A stretch of DNA of 63,841 bases, the filler included, from Octopus bimaculoides (taxonomy: Eukaryota): the NCBI RefSeq assembly GCF_001194135.2. It is 7 parts of 6 records of this genome, joined end to end, with 100 filler letters (N's around TTAATTAATTAA, not from the genome) between each part and the next. Parts side by side here need not be neighbours in the genome. Positions count along the whole stretch, not along the records: positions 38,877 to 45,160 come from NC_068984.1; positions 45,261 to 54,873 come from NC_069008.1; 5 more parts are not named here. One strand, 5' to 3'. Each line of letters starts with the position of its first letter. Within the stretch, counting starts at the first letter, position 1. A program made the translations under genes and the position numbers. This document shows, one piece after another, positions 38,777-51,414 of this stretch. The notes below the pieces were generated by a model. That model saw only the letters and a list, made by a program, of their open reading frames with translations, did no database searches and had not been told where the DNA came from.

Positions 38777-39913
38777 NNNNNNNNNNNNNNNNNNNNNNNN
38801 NNNNNNNNNNNNNNNNNNNNTTAATTAATTAANNNNNNNNNNNNNNNNNNNNNNNNNNNNNNNNNNNNNNNNNNNNATATATATTTGCACATACACAGGG
38901 AGTGTAATTGGGAGAGACAAAGAATGTGGAAAAGAGAGGGAGATAGAGTAAAAAAGAGTGACAAACAGACATTTACAAGGAACACATGAAAACAAATAAT
39001 GATGATTCTAAAAATGGATGTTTATAAGTATGAATGTGTGTGTGCATGTACACAGACACACACACATGCACATATATACATAAATAATTTACCTATACAT
39101 GCACGCACGAACGCGCGCGCACACACACATACACACACAATTTGCTAAATTATTTTAATGAATTAATGCTATATTTAATAACATTTTCTCGGTAACTATG
39201 CAACCGCCGCGATAAATGATTCTATGACTTTTGCCTCCAGACGCTAGGAAACTTATACCAACCTGACTATTGAATTAAATAAACTGACAGTCACAGCTGG
39301 CCTCTCTCCAAGGCTACAAATCTAATGACAGCCGTATACAGGTTCACACGCTCACATATACACAAGTACTGATATACATACACAAACATATACGCACACA
39401 TACATATACACGCATATATAAATATATATATATATATTTATTTATTTATTTATATAATATATATATATATATATATACACATATGTATTTATGCACTCTC
39501 ACATACATATATAAATATGCATAGATTGAGATCAATTTTTCCTGGAGAGATATTCTACAGAAAATAAAATTCTGCTCTTTTTTTTATATTTCCGCTTAAT
39601 CTTCTTGTCGTTTAGTTGCAACAGTGTAGTTCACAAAACCGTCATCAACGTTTCAAGATTTTCTTAGTCTTATCTTCAAGATGAAGTGATGTTGGAGTGC
39701 TCACTGAGTTGTCACAACAGACAGGCCGATGTGGCAGGTTGGTTTGTGTAGATGAAACTACTATGATTAACACACGTTGCTACGGTGTTTAGCTTCATCA
39801 ACTTAACTCTTTGCATACGAAAATATGAAAAGCGAAAATCCAAAATATAAAAAGTGAACACAAGAGTAATTTCTGTGTAACTTAAATGCGTATAAATTCA
39901 TATATATATATAT

Positions 39914-39997
<84 letters not shown>

Positions 39998-40902
39998 AGA
40001 AAGAGAAAGACAGAGAGTGAAAGAGAGCTTAAGAACTAGATGTAAGATATGTTCATATACGCGTACACGCAAATACACATACATACATACATACACATAC
40101 ATACATACACATACATACATACATGTATGTGCGACTGTATGTGCAACTCTCAACAAGGTCATTTTTGTGGAAGAATATTTGCTGCCATACATCTCTATGC
40201 CATCGATGTTATTAAATGTGAAGTCGCAGCTTTAATGCCGATTTAGCATGGCACCAAAGTTCTCGTATGTGTTGGTGTCAGACCACAAAAGGTATAATTA
40301 CCAGGAAGTATTTTATCCAACGCTCTAAGGAGTGAACCAGTTTGCCTTCATTCCTCTCCATTATTTTATTTCTCCTTCTGATGAAAAAATAGCACCCACA
40401 ACGTCAAATCTATGTTCGTTCTTTTTAAGTGCTAAATTAATTGAACATTTGTTAAAACTTTAGATCTAAATAACTTTTTTATTTTAAAAACAAAATATGT
40501 ATTTATCTTAGCTTCAATGATAGACGAAAGCATGAAGAATTTCATAGTTTTGTTCCCCAGCAACAAAAATTGGTATCAAAAATGTTGTGAGGTAAAATAT
40601 CACGAAGAAAATATAAAGCAAAAAATTGAACTTAAGTATAATTAACTTACTTATTTTAAAAACAAACTGTATTTTAATTAAGCTTAAATGATAGAGCTCA
40701 ATTCGAGGAATTTCATGGTATCAATTTTATGCAATAATGTTTTAAAAGAAAAAAAGTTTTGAGCGTTTGTTTCTCAAATTTGAGGGTGATAATATGATTC
40801 TGGTGTCATTGAGGTAAGGAAAAAATTATCAACGACACCGCTAATTGAAACATTTGACACATTATCAATTAGCATAATAGTATTGCCTGGAAAAAAACGT
40901 GT

Positions 40903-41768
40903 ATTACATGGAAAAATGCGAGCAAGAGAAATAATATTCTTAAGATTATAAACCTGGCAAATTACAGGACAAGTTATTACACTTGGAAAAGTTCAGGTCA
41001 GCTTATTACATCTGGTGAAGTACAGAACAATAAAATTTTTACTTAAAATATTGCAGCTAAGGATAAAATTTGATTAAAAATTATTTGAATTTAATTTACA
41101 AAGTAACATTATAATTGAAAAAGGCGCCATCATTTTATTAAAATATTGACACACTAGAATACTTAAAAAATGAGAACCAGAAGTACCAATATAGCTAACG
41201 TTTTATGCAAAATAGAATAGTATATATGGTAGGCAGATTCATTATATAAAAAATAGGCATTGAGTCAAGACTAAAAATGTGAAAACTTGGCAATAACTTA
41301 GGCAATAACTCAAGCAAATTTTACTGTGAATTTGTTGTTATAGGAAGGTTTTACTGTAATATATAACTAATTTTTGTATTATTCTATTTATTGTAGTAAC
41401 TAATAATGTACTACTATTATTTTTATAACCTATTTTCAAATTTCTAATTATTAATTAACAATTAAAAAAATGAATTTTTTAAAGTGCAAAAAATATTTTA
41501 ATTGAGTTATTTTTTAATTTTTAGTAGAAGTGACAAGTAATAACAATAGAAGTAATAACTTGTAATGAAATTTTTAGTTTTAATAAAAGCTAATATTTTC
41601 TAAATCTAAATATCTTATTTGAAATTTTATACTTAGCTGTAATATTTTAAGTAAAGATTTTCATGTTCTGTACTTTACCAGATATAATTAGTCCTGAACT
41701 TTTTCAACTGTAATTTTCCAGGTAATCTTCAGAATAATATTTTTCTTGCTCACATTTTTCCATGTAAT
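40903..41768. mobile_element. Foldback/MITE-like element with ~150-170-bp inverted arms
   Basis: ATTACATGGAAAAATGCGAGCAAG...GTACAGAAC...CTTAAAATATTGCAGCTAAGGATAAAATTT (40903-41071) is the reverse complement, with indels, of 41622-41768. Confidence 0.8.
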
Positions 41769-43008
41769 TCAATATGTGCAGGCATTGGTATAACAGAATC
41801 CTAGGGTTAAGAGACTGAAAGTGAAACAGTAGGCCACGAAACTTAATGCAACGAAAGTGTTCTAATTCTATCTCTTTTAGATTCATTTTCAAATATCACT
41901 TCTTCCATTTTGTTTTTATTTCATTCTACTTTTCTTATTATTTTGTCTCAATACCAATTTTTTTCTTTTTCCTATTTTAAAGATGCTAGGGAAATTATTT
42001 TAGGGAAATTTAGCTGTTGCTTCTAGCATGTCCAGCTGCAACATAGCGGGTCCTTTCTTTTCTGTGCTTTTGGTTTTCAATTCAAACTCACAGATTTAAA
42101 TAATTCAAACGCTTTCAGCCAGAAATGGAAACAGGATCTCAGTATTGACTCACTCGGAGTTGACCTACGAAACACATAACAATACTCACTTCAGTAACCT
42201 TTAAAGAATGAAATAATGTTTTACTGAACTACTTGAAATAATATCGATTTTCCTTCTTCTTTCTCTCTTTTCTTTTTCTCCTTCTGCTCCTGCTCCTGCT
42301 CCTCCTCTTCCTCTTTCTCCCCGTCTCCTTAATGATCATCAGTATCATTATCAGGAACAACTTTCTCTTCATTTTTATCCTATGCCATCTTGAATTCTTA
42401 CCCGCCCCCCGATACACATACACTTCCGCCACCGTCACCTTGTAAAAGATATCTGATAAAGTAGATTAACAAAAGAGATTTATACTGAAATTGTAATCAG
42501 AACCAGAATCAGTATAATTCTAATTAAAAAAGTCAAGTAATTATCAGCTTCTGTGTCAGATTCTACTAAACAAAGGATTCTCGTTACTCTTCTTTCTATT
42601 TACGCATATAACCACATTAAAAAAACAACAACAGCAAGAACATATACTAGACCAATTAGAAGACAATATTACACCATTGAAGAACAAAACAAATACTAGA
42701 ATATATAAAGAAAAAGCTAAAACATCTTAGAGTACAGTTGCTTTTGTTATCTTTTAATTTTTATTTAATTTCTTTTTCAGAATTGTCTCATCTAAAGTCT
42801 CTTGATTCCAGTCACTGCCGATTGGTGCCAAATGTTAATTCTAAAGATAAATACAGTTTTTTTTAGATCTGACTTTCTCAAATTGCTTGGATTAGTCTGC
42901 GTAAAGAAGTTAATTCCATATGTTAAAAAAAACGTTGCAATATTCCGTAACTGATTCCATGGTGAAACGCCATGTGTAAATAGATTAATGAATGTAGGTT
43001 TCTTATAT

Positions 43009-43147
<139 letters not shown>

Positions 43148-43239
43148 CTTCGAAGGCTGAATTTAATCGAGAAGCGATAGAGATAAGAAAATGGGTCGAT
43201 AATGTCTTTAATAATGTATCAGTACATTGAAACTAATAC

Positions 43240-43440
43240 AACGAGCTTGGAGAATCATCAGTGCATCGGACTAAAATGCATAACAGCATTTCTTACGATT
43301 CTTTCGTTCCGAGTTCAAATCTCGCCGACAACAACTTTGCCTTTCACAACTTCTGAGTCGATAAAATAAAGTACCATTCAAGTACTGGAGTCAGTTAATC
43401 AACTTGTCCCCACCTTCACCTCAAAAATTGCTGGCTTTGA
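43240..43440 (+). mobile_element. SINE family A
   Basis: CGAGTTCAAATCTCGCCGAC..CAACTTTGCCTTTCAC..TTCTGAGTCGATAAAATAAAGTACC. Confidence 0.75.
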
Positions 43441-43887
43441 ATCCCGCAATGGCGTCCTGTTGAGGGAAATATTATGGTTTGGATCACTTGTACGCCCTAC
43501 AAATCGGGTAACCCGTCTTGTGAATTGAAACAGGGATCAACTAGAAAACGAAACCACGTGTCAGGGGATAATCTAGTGTCACGATGAATATTCATTTTGC
43601 GTGTGAAATGGAGAGGTTATTTAGATATTGTGATATTCGTAGTTTTTACCTAAGGGCACGTGAAATCTAGGGGAAGTAAATATTAGCCAGCAATTGAAAG
43701 TGATCGCTATATCTCTCAATAGCTTTTCTCCGAAGTAGTAAATTTTCCAACTCGATTCTTTATCGTTGTAAATATCCAGAATTTCATATTTTTCATCAAT
43801 CAGGTGGTCAATGAAATCCGGAAGAAACAAAACAAGAAAACAAAAATCAAATTTAACTTATTGGTAAACACTCAGAAGCCTGGGCCT

Positions 43888-44080
43888 CTTCTTCTTCTTC
43901 TTCTTCTTCTTCTTCCTCCTCCTCCTCCTCATCTTCCTTCTCCACTCTCACCACTACTGCTACACCTTCTACTGCTTCTCCTTCTCCTCCTTCCTCCTCC
44001 TCCTGCTCCTCCTCCTCCTCCTCCTTCTCCGCCCCCACCACTACTGCTACTTCTTCTGCTGCTGCGACGGTGGCGGCGGC
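43888..44080. repeat. Mixed (CTT)/(CCT)/(CTG) low-complexity tract
   Basis: Direct reading. Confidence 0.85.
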
Positions 44081-45599
44081 TGATGAACTTCTGAACTTGT
44101 AAGCAGTGTTTCACATCCGCTTGCGGTCCACATGCAACATCACCTGCCTCTTTCATTTCTGTCTTTTTTTTTTCATTATTCAGAATGTAACTCCCCCACA
44201 GACTCCGTATTAAAAACTTTCTTTAATGTTTCTTTCCCGGTGCCTTTTTGTTTGTCTACAGGTTATCGATCTCTAGAAGTCAAAACTGAACATCGACGAC
44301 ATCGATCTTACTAGTCCGGAAGGAGGTTAGAAAGGTCACGAACACTCCTCCTCCACCTCCTCCTCTTCACTGTCATCATCACCCTCATCACCACCACCAC
44401 TATCTCTTATCTTCCCTCGACTAATTAATAAAAATGTATTAAAAAAATGAAGCATACTGGAGAGTCAATTTAATCGATGACATCCATATCTTATATAATC
44501 TGTTTTTGTGCCAAAGCAAAGAAATATCAGAAAGACGCACACATCAAGTAAGGAATCGTTAATCAAAATTGTCTAGAATATTCTTGACGTACACATACCC
44601 ACGCACTCACTCACACATATATGAATATATAACGTTTTAATGGTAGAACGCGAAGTAGACAAAGTTATAAAAATAGCTTTTGCCCAATTGTAAAACGTCT
44701 GTCATGTCTTCGACTTTTTCTATTCACAGGATTTTTTAACCCAATATTTACACGCTATTAGATATAGCTCTAGCTACTTCGAATCTCACCATTAAAACGA
44801 AAAATTTCACGTCTCTTAAAGATTTAAATTCTTATGACGCAATATTAGGTGAACCGTGGGCAAACACACAAACACAGAGAGATACACGAACTGTACAAAA
44901 TTTTCGGGTCCTAGGACAGCAGCAGCGAGAATGGGGGTGGAGGGGATGGGATGGTCAGGCTGTTATTATGAACAATGACACTCACACATACACACACATG
45001 CGCAGGTAAGGATACACATAGAAGGGCAGAGTGAAATAAGTAGAGGAAAAGCACACACGAAGACGAAAAGTGTCACTGAAGATTTGTGTGACGAAAGATT
45101 TCCGGACGAGTTAGAATAAGAACTGTAATAAGCTCGTGTATATACATACATACATATATANNNNNNNNNNNNNNNNNNNNNNNNNNNNNNNNNNNNNNNN
45201 NNNNTTAATTAATTAANNNNNNNNNNNNNNNNNNNNNNNNNNNNNNNNNNNNNNNNNNNNCAGGCTATTCTTATTTTAGCAGCTACACTTTCAGTGCACC
45301 CACCCCCACTACTAACTTGGTCACCCAGATAGCGGAAGCTATCGACTACCTCTAGTTTTTTCTCCCTGGAATGAGATAGAAGTTGTTTCCTGTTTGTTTA
45401 CAGTGTTTATTGCACCTGAACATCTGCCACATACAAAAACTAACTTCCTAGTTAACTTGCCTTTGATATTGCTGCACCTCTTATGTGTCCATAGCTTGCA
45501 CTGGGTACATCTTATAGAGTTACTACCTACTCCTTTTCTGCATACTGAGCAGGGCCATCTACCTTCCTGCTTATTAGGACTTTGGTTTTAGCTAGGTTG

Positions 45600-46335
45600 A
45601 CTCTATGACCCTCTCCGTAACTTTCATAACCTGATCTAACAGCTTGATGCCTCTGTAGTTATTAGTATCTAAAGCGTCACCTTTACCTTTGTAGCAGTTG
45701 ACTATGGTGCTGCTACACCAGTCATTGGGTATGACTCCTTCGTGTATCACCTGGTTCGTAATACGGGTGACTAGGCTGTAGCCAACACTGCCAGATATTT
45801 TGAGCATCTCTGCAGTGATTCCTGATGGGCCGGGTGCTTTCCCGGTCTTCATACTCTTAATTGCTTTATCTACCCTGGTACTGTCAACTCGGATAGCTGG
45901 TCCCTCTTTTGGGTCGACATACGGCAGACTCTCTTTCTACCATTCACTCTCTTTATTAAGCAATCTATCGTAATGGCATCTCCAGACCTCTTTCTTTGCA
46001 GCCTCATTTAGTGCAAGTGTACCATCATCCATGCGAACACATTTCTCTCCTACGACATCACTATTCTCTCTCCTACACTGTCTTGCAACACGAAATACCT
46101 CGAGTCTTTGGTCCTCACGGCGCAGAACATTGGCAAATCTTTTCTTATCTGCCTCCCTTCTGGCTAAATAAACCTGTCGCCTAGCTTCCCTTCTGGCAGA
46201 TTGGTACAATTCCCTGCTACCACCGTTCTTCCAGTCCTTCCAAGCCTGTTTCTTTTGTCTAATAGCCCCGTCTACATCCTTGTTACCACCACGTTACTCT
46301 GGGTCGAGAGGGGACTTTACACCAGCCAAACCCAA
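45600..46335 (-). mobile_element. RTE LINE internal fragment (linker plus RT N-terminus)
   Basis: MKTGKAPGPSGITAEMLK...IPNDWCSSTIVNCYKGKGDALDTNNYRGIKLLDQVMKVTERV; WRCHYDRLLN; non-LTR RT domain 0-1 motifs. Confidence 0.92.
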
Positions 46336-46416
46336 GCGAAAAACCGACCATTATGGAGAAGGCTTATCAAGTAACAACTGACTGCAGTATGAATGTGTGC
46401 ATGCACGTGTGTATGC

Positions 46417-46460
<44 letters not shown>

Positions 46461-46564
46461 ATATGCATTTATTAAAGTTGAAAAAATCTTCATAAACTGT
46501 TACATGCAGACATGAAACAAAGAAACGAACCTGGAAGAATTGGGGCAACAGGAAACTGTATCAG

Positions 46565-46805
46565 ATAGCCAGAAGGGAAGCTAGGAGACAGGTATATCTA
46601 GCTAGCTACCTGAATCAACAGTACCTTGATAGATAAAGCAATTAAGGATATGAAGAGAGGGAAAGCCCCCGGCCCTTCAGGAATCACCACTGAGATGCTC
46701 AAAATATCTGGTTGTATGGGTGATGATCTAGTCACTTGTATTGTAAACCAGGTGGTTCATGAAGGAGTCATACCCAATGACTGGTGTAGCAGCACCATAG
46801 TCAAT
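46565..46805 (+). mobile_element. Second copy of the same RTE segment, inverted and internally deleted
   Basis: IDKAIKDMKRGKAPGPSGITTEMLKISG...IPNDWCSSTIVN; preceded by GCCAGAAGGGAAGCTAGG, which lies about 0.3 kb further upstream in the other copy. Confidence 0.88.
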
Positions 46806-47052
46806 TTATTATGTTGCACTCACACACACAGACAAACATGTTGACAGATCAACAAAACATTCTCTTAAACCTTTTACCGGTTGTGTCTCTTTTCCTTTTT
46901 GGCACTTATACTCATTTATCCTCTTTTCGTGTTTTTTATTTTGTATCGACCATGCGATGTGCTAAAGGAGCCATTCCTCATCACCTCTCCTGGTTGCACA
47001 GTCGTTACATATTGGTGTCACTGTCAATTTTGAATGCTAAAACAAAACCTAC

Positions 47053-47310
47053 CTGAGCTCTTTTATATCTGCTAAACACAATAAATCTTCCTTACTAGCT
47101 AACCACAAACACAATCTTAAGAAAAACAGTGCATCATATATTGGTCTATCATCAATACTGGTGTTCCTTACCAAGGCAAAACTTCTCTGTGCTGAAAAGA
47201 ATTCAAACATCTCTTATTACACAATCCACTGCAATTATTAAACAGACAAATTGAAGCATTTACCACTTGTATCTGCAGATTCTTTAAAATGTTCCGATTT
47301 TATCAGAAAT
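47053..47310 (-). CDS. Candidate chain of three short exons (about 47264-47310, 47172-47191, 47053-47089/47098)
   Basis: Minus-strand donors GTAAAT, GTAAGG, GTAGGT; acceptors TTCTTTTCAG and GTGGTTAG/TAAG; introns of about 72-82 nt; one phasing reads FLIKSEHFKESADTS-AQRSFAL-EDLLCLADIKEL. Confidence 0.3.
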
Positions 47311-47733
47311 CTAACTGCTGTGTTTTGAATGTCATTCATAGAATAGATGTTCATCATATACCAATTTAATTCACCTTAGTACCTCTTTACTCATCGTATC
47401 TTCCTATGGCTACCATTCTATATACCTATATGACATCTTTATTTGCTTCCCTATTCTAAATTCACCACTTTCTCAAACTCTGTACGATTCCATATTCCAT
47501 AATTTTTATTACAATCAGAACTATCTGACCAAATATTATTCTCTAGCAACCTCATAACATGTTAGCATCCATTTTAGATATTCTCTGCCAATGTACAAAC
47601 TTTAAGATTGCTTTGATTTTGCTCATTTTCTACTCACATGCATGCTCCCCAGTGAATTTCAAATTTTAAATGTTAATTCCTAATTATTACAATTCATAAT
47701 TTCTTTATTTTGGTAACTATCAACAAAGTATCA

Positions 47734-47899
47734 ATAGGTGCAGGCGTAGCTGTGGGATAAGAAGCTTGCTGCCCAACCACATGGCTTGGCATGGTACCTT
47801 GGGGAAAGTGTCTTCTGCTATAGACTTGAGTCAACAAAAGCCTTGTGCATGCATTTGGTTGACAGAAGCTGAAAGAAGCCTGTAAGCCTGTCGTATATA

Positions 47900-47965
<66 letters not shown>

Positions 47966-48172
47966 CCCTACCACTGTTAGACAACTGGTGTTGGTATGTT
48001 TATATCCCTGTAACTTTATTTGTATGTTCATATCCCTGTTCTACAAAAGAGATCGTTAGAATAAGTACCAGGCTTAAAATAAGTACTGGGGTCGAATCAT
48101 TTGACTAAAAGTTCTTCAAGGTGGTTCCTCAGCATGGCCGCTGTCTAATGACTGAAACAAGTAAAAGATAAA
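47734..48172 (+). mobile_element. SINE family B, full length, with internal (TG)n
   Basis: Collinear with 21679-22095. Confidence 0.85.
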
Positions 48173-49209
48173 AGTGCATACATCTAAAATGCACTTACTA
48201 CCCTCAGCGCCTCATTGTGGTCAACTGATTTATAACCTTATTCATGCATTACTCTTCAAACCCTTTTCATCCTCTGCATATTGCACTGACCACCACACCA
48301 AACTGCTGTAGATACTTAATCTTGTGCACTATCCTACCCCCGTTATCTTCCAATGACATGTTACTTGCTGTCACCTCTATACCACAATATCTTCATGCAA
48401 TACTACCTAGCATCACTCTTCATGATCTATATTGACACCAGATATTCCTTTCTATATATCTTCTGCTAACTAAACATTTGTATATCTATTCCTTGTCATG
48501 ATTGCTAGCTTCTGTCTATCCGCATGTCATTATGGCCCTGTTTTCTCCACCTATTTCCCTTTTTAACTTTTCCCTATATCTCACTAAAGCTTTCTATTAA
48601 GGCTCCACCTCATTCTCCCTCTGATAATGGAATAGAATATTATATGGCTATATGCTCTGTGGTTAGTTATTGTGCATTTTGCTGGAAAATATACCATCTG
48701 CGCATCTATTCTTGAAACAGCTGTAAGAGATCATCTCACTTCCTCTTTAGGATCTATAGTGATGTAACAACATAATCCTCATATGTAAATGTCATAGTCT
48801 AACCTGGTAATAGTTGTTGCCTATTTATACTTTTAATCTATTATACTTGTACCTGCTCAGTTGATAAACTGTCTATAGCCAATCATCATTAGGCAGCTAT
48901 GATGTGTCCCTGCTTTTAGTTGCAGTTCAAGTTTTAGGCAACATCTCAACCTGACTTAATATTAGCTTAAATTCTGTGTGTGTGTGTGTGACTGTATGCA
49001 TGTTTCTCTCCCTCTTTTTAATTTTAGAGTAAATTTTGATCAGCCACTGAATTGGTAACAAGGTTGTAAAGGAAAGTATCTCGTTTTAACCATCATTCTT
49101 TAAATCTTAAGATCTTGCTGATATTTGAACAATGAACGTCCAAGATATCGTAACCATATGAATTAAGGATTTGCATTTTCTCTCCAAGATCCAAAATTCA
49201 GCAATACTT

Positions 49210-49400
49210 TGCTCCAAATAATTCTGGCCACCACATTATACCTTGTGGGAAGATATCTGGAAGACATTTTCTTACAATTGGCAATAATGTGGTCAATGTC
49301 TTCAGTCTTGGTCATGCAAAGCCTTTATTTGTTGTCTGTCAATGTTTTCTGCCTTTTATGATGTAGGTACTTGGTGGGGATCTCTTATTCTTAAATTGCA
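49210..49400 (-). mobile_element. R4/Dong-type (RLE) non-LTR retrotransposon remnant, CCHC region
   Basis: E*EIPTKYLHHKR...DNK*RLCMTKTEDIDHIIANCKKMSSRYLPTRYNVVARII resembles the CRLC..E.IDHII..C...RHN.VA motif. Confidence 0.75.
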
Positions 49401-50022
49401 TAGACATAGCCTTCAAAGTCGGTACTTTCATGCCAAGCTTTTGACATGATTAATCCCTTCTATGGCTTGTGTTTTACATGCCAAGTCTTCATGTACCATG
49501 TGTAACTTGGACAGTTGATGCATACATCAAATCTGTGCATCTATTCAACTGCACAGGCATTCTATACCTTCTAAAGATGATGTTATGTTGTTAGTTCTTT
49601 AATTCCTCTAGTTCTGTGAGGCATTACGACTAAGGCCATACTGGAGCACAATCTGTATTCAATGTTCATTTTGTTCTGACTGAGATCGTTACTGTTGTTC
49701 ATGTGTTTACTGCCATTACTTTTACTTATTGTTGCTAGTATTGTAGAAAGTACTTAGGCTGATTTAATTGTACAATCTTCTCCTGGACTCTGTACCTCAT
49801 ATTATGATACACATTCCCAATTTATTTTTAATCACTATAGTAACTTGGGACTTATGAAAAGAGATCTTTGTATTACTCAGGGCAGATGAATCAAGGGCCA
49901 ACTAAAAGTCTGAAAACAAGTATGGGTGTTTAGGACAAACTTGTGAAGATTCTTTGAAAAGGGAAAGGGTTAAGAGAAACATTATTATTGCTGGTAGGAT
50001 CAACTGAGTCATTAGGATTAAC

Positions 50023-50296
50023 TGAAGGTACATAGCTTAGTGGTTGGGGATATTCAGCTCACAATTGTAAGGTCCACATTGCTCCAAACCACTCAGCTGG
50101 CAAAAATGAGTAGTACCTGTAATTCAAAGGGCTAGCCTTGTTACATTCTGTGTCATGCTGAATCTTCCTGAGAACCAATTTAAGGGTACATGTGTTTGTG
50201 AAATGCTCAACCACTTGCACATTAATTTCACAAGCAGGCTGTTCTGTTGCTTGGATCAACTGGAACCCTTGTCATTGTAACTGACAGAGTGCCAGC
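50023..50296 (+). mobile_element. CORE-type SINE family F with internal deletion
   Basis: GCTTAGTGGTT..CAGCTCACAATTGTAAG head, CACTCAGCTGGCAAAAATGAGTAGTACCTG, tail GGATCAACTGGAACCC. Confidence 0.8.
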
Positions 50297-50299
50297 TTT

Positions 50300-50480
50300 A
50301 ACTGAGTCATTGAAATGTTGGATAAAATCCTTAATGGCTTTGTTCCAACAATCTGGGTTCTGAATTCAAATCCTGCTGATTTTGGTGGGTATCCTTTCAG
50401 GCCAGATAAAATAAAATACCAGTCAAGTACTGGAGTCAATGTAATCAGCCAATCCCTTTTCTAGATTTCTGGTCCTTGTG
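50300..50480 (+). mobile_element. SINE family A, degraded
   Basis: GTTCTGAATTCAAATCC...TATCCTTTCAGGCCAGATAAAATAAAATACCAGTCAAGTACTGG. Confidence 0.65.
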
Positions 50481-51014
50481 CTTATATTATAGATAATTGA
50501 TACCATCAATACTGTTGGTTTTATTGTTGTTGTTGACAATGCTCTTGGTGTTGTTACTGTAGCTACTTATATAAATTACAAATATGTTACGTCTAGTTTA
50601 ATACTGCAATTATGATGAAAGGATTGCTATTTTCTGAAAAATTGTTTTCAGTTGAAAAAACAATTTCAAAAGAACAGATGACAATGAAATGTTATTTCAA
50701 TGGATGTATTATCATCAAAATAAGTGCATGCATGTATTGTTCATTTGATAATGTGGGTTACTAGGTTCAGTAACACTTGATATACACATAAGTGTGTGTG
50801 TGTATATAATGACAATGATGTTTTAATGTCATAATGATTGAAAAACAGAACAATATTAATTATGAAGATGGCCATTTATTTACATTGGTTATAATATTAG
50901 TTGTTACAATATAAAATAGGTAGCTAGAGATAACAAAATTGTGTGACAAAATTTTTATTTCTTTTTTGTCATTGGTCAGTAAGCATTATTTTCTTTTCCT
51001 TGTATCTAGAAATC

Positions 51015-51330
51015 AAAGGAAATGAGTATTATTCCCTTCAAACTTTGCATTTGTTGCCTGGATATCAACGTTTTGAATTGACCTATTTCCCATTGTCTCA
51101 GATTTACTTGTCAATTGCTTGACCATAACCACTTGTGCATGTCCCTTAGTGGGTGATGATATGTGCATCTCTGATGATGATGAGCAGAAGTAGTGGAGGA
51201 GTATGACAGTCATGTGTTGAGAAATTTTTGGGGGTTTGAATAAATAAAGTTTAAAGGAAATGTTTTTATTCACTCAAAGGGTAAGCAAATAAGAAATAAC
51301 AGTTGCTACCCAAGGACAAACATTGAGTTA
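51015..51330 (+). mobile_element. Interspersed repeat, unclassified (copy 2)
   Basis: Matches the reverse complement of 8235-8625. Confidence 0.75.
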
Positions 51331-51352
51331 CACAGTGTAATAAAAGACCTAC

Positions 51353-51414
51353 CTTTGCATGCCTGTTCTTTGGCCAGAGGCCAAGTGACCGAAGGAGATG
51401 GACTTAATATTTTG
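51353..51414 (-). other. Candidate 62-nt exon (coding or UTR)
   Basis: Strong minus-strand donor AAG|GTAGGT; acceptor ATACAG is weak, with a better one (TTCTTTCTCAG) near 51500; two open frames. Confidence 0.25.

Noticed and set aside
43804-44156. Poly-P/L/E/G ORFs on both strands
   Set aside because: Products of a trinucleotide low-complexity tract.
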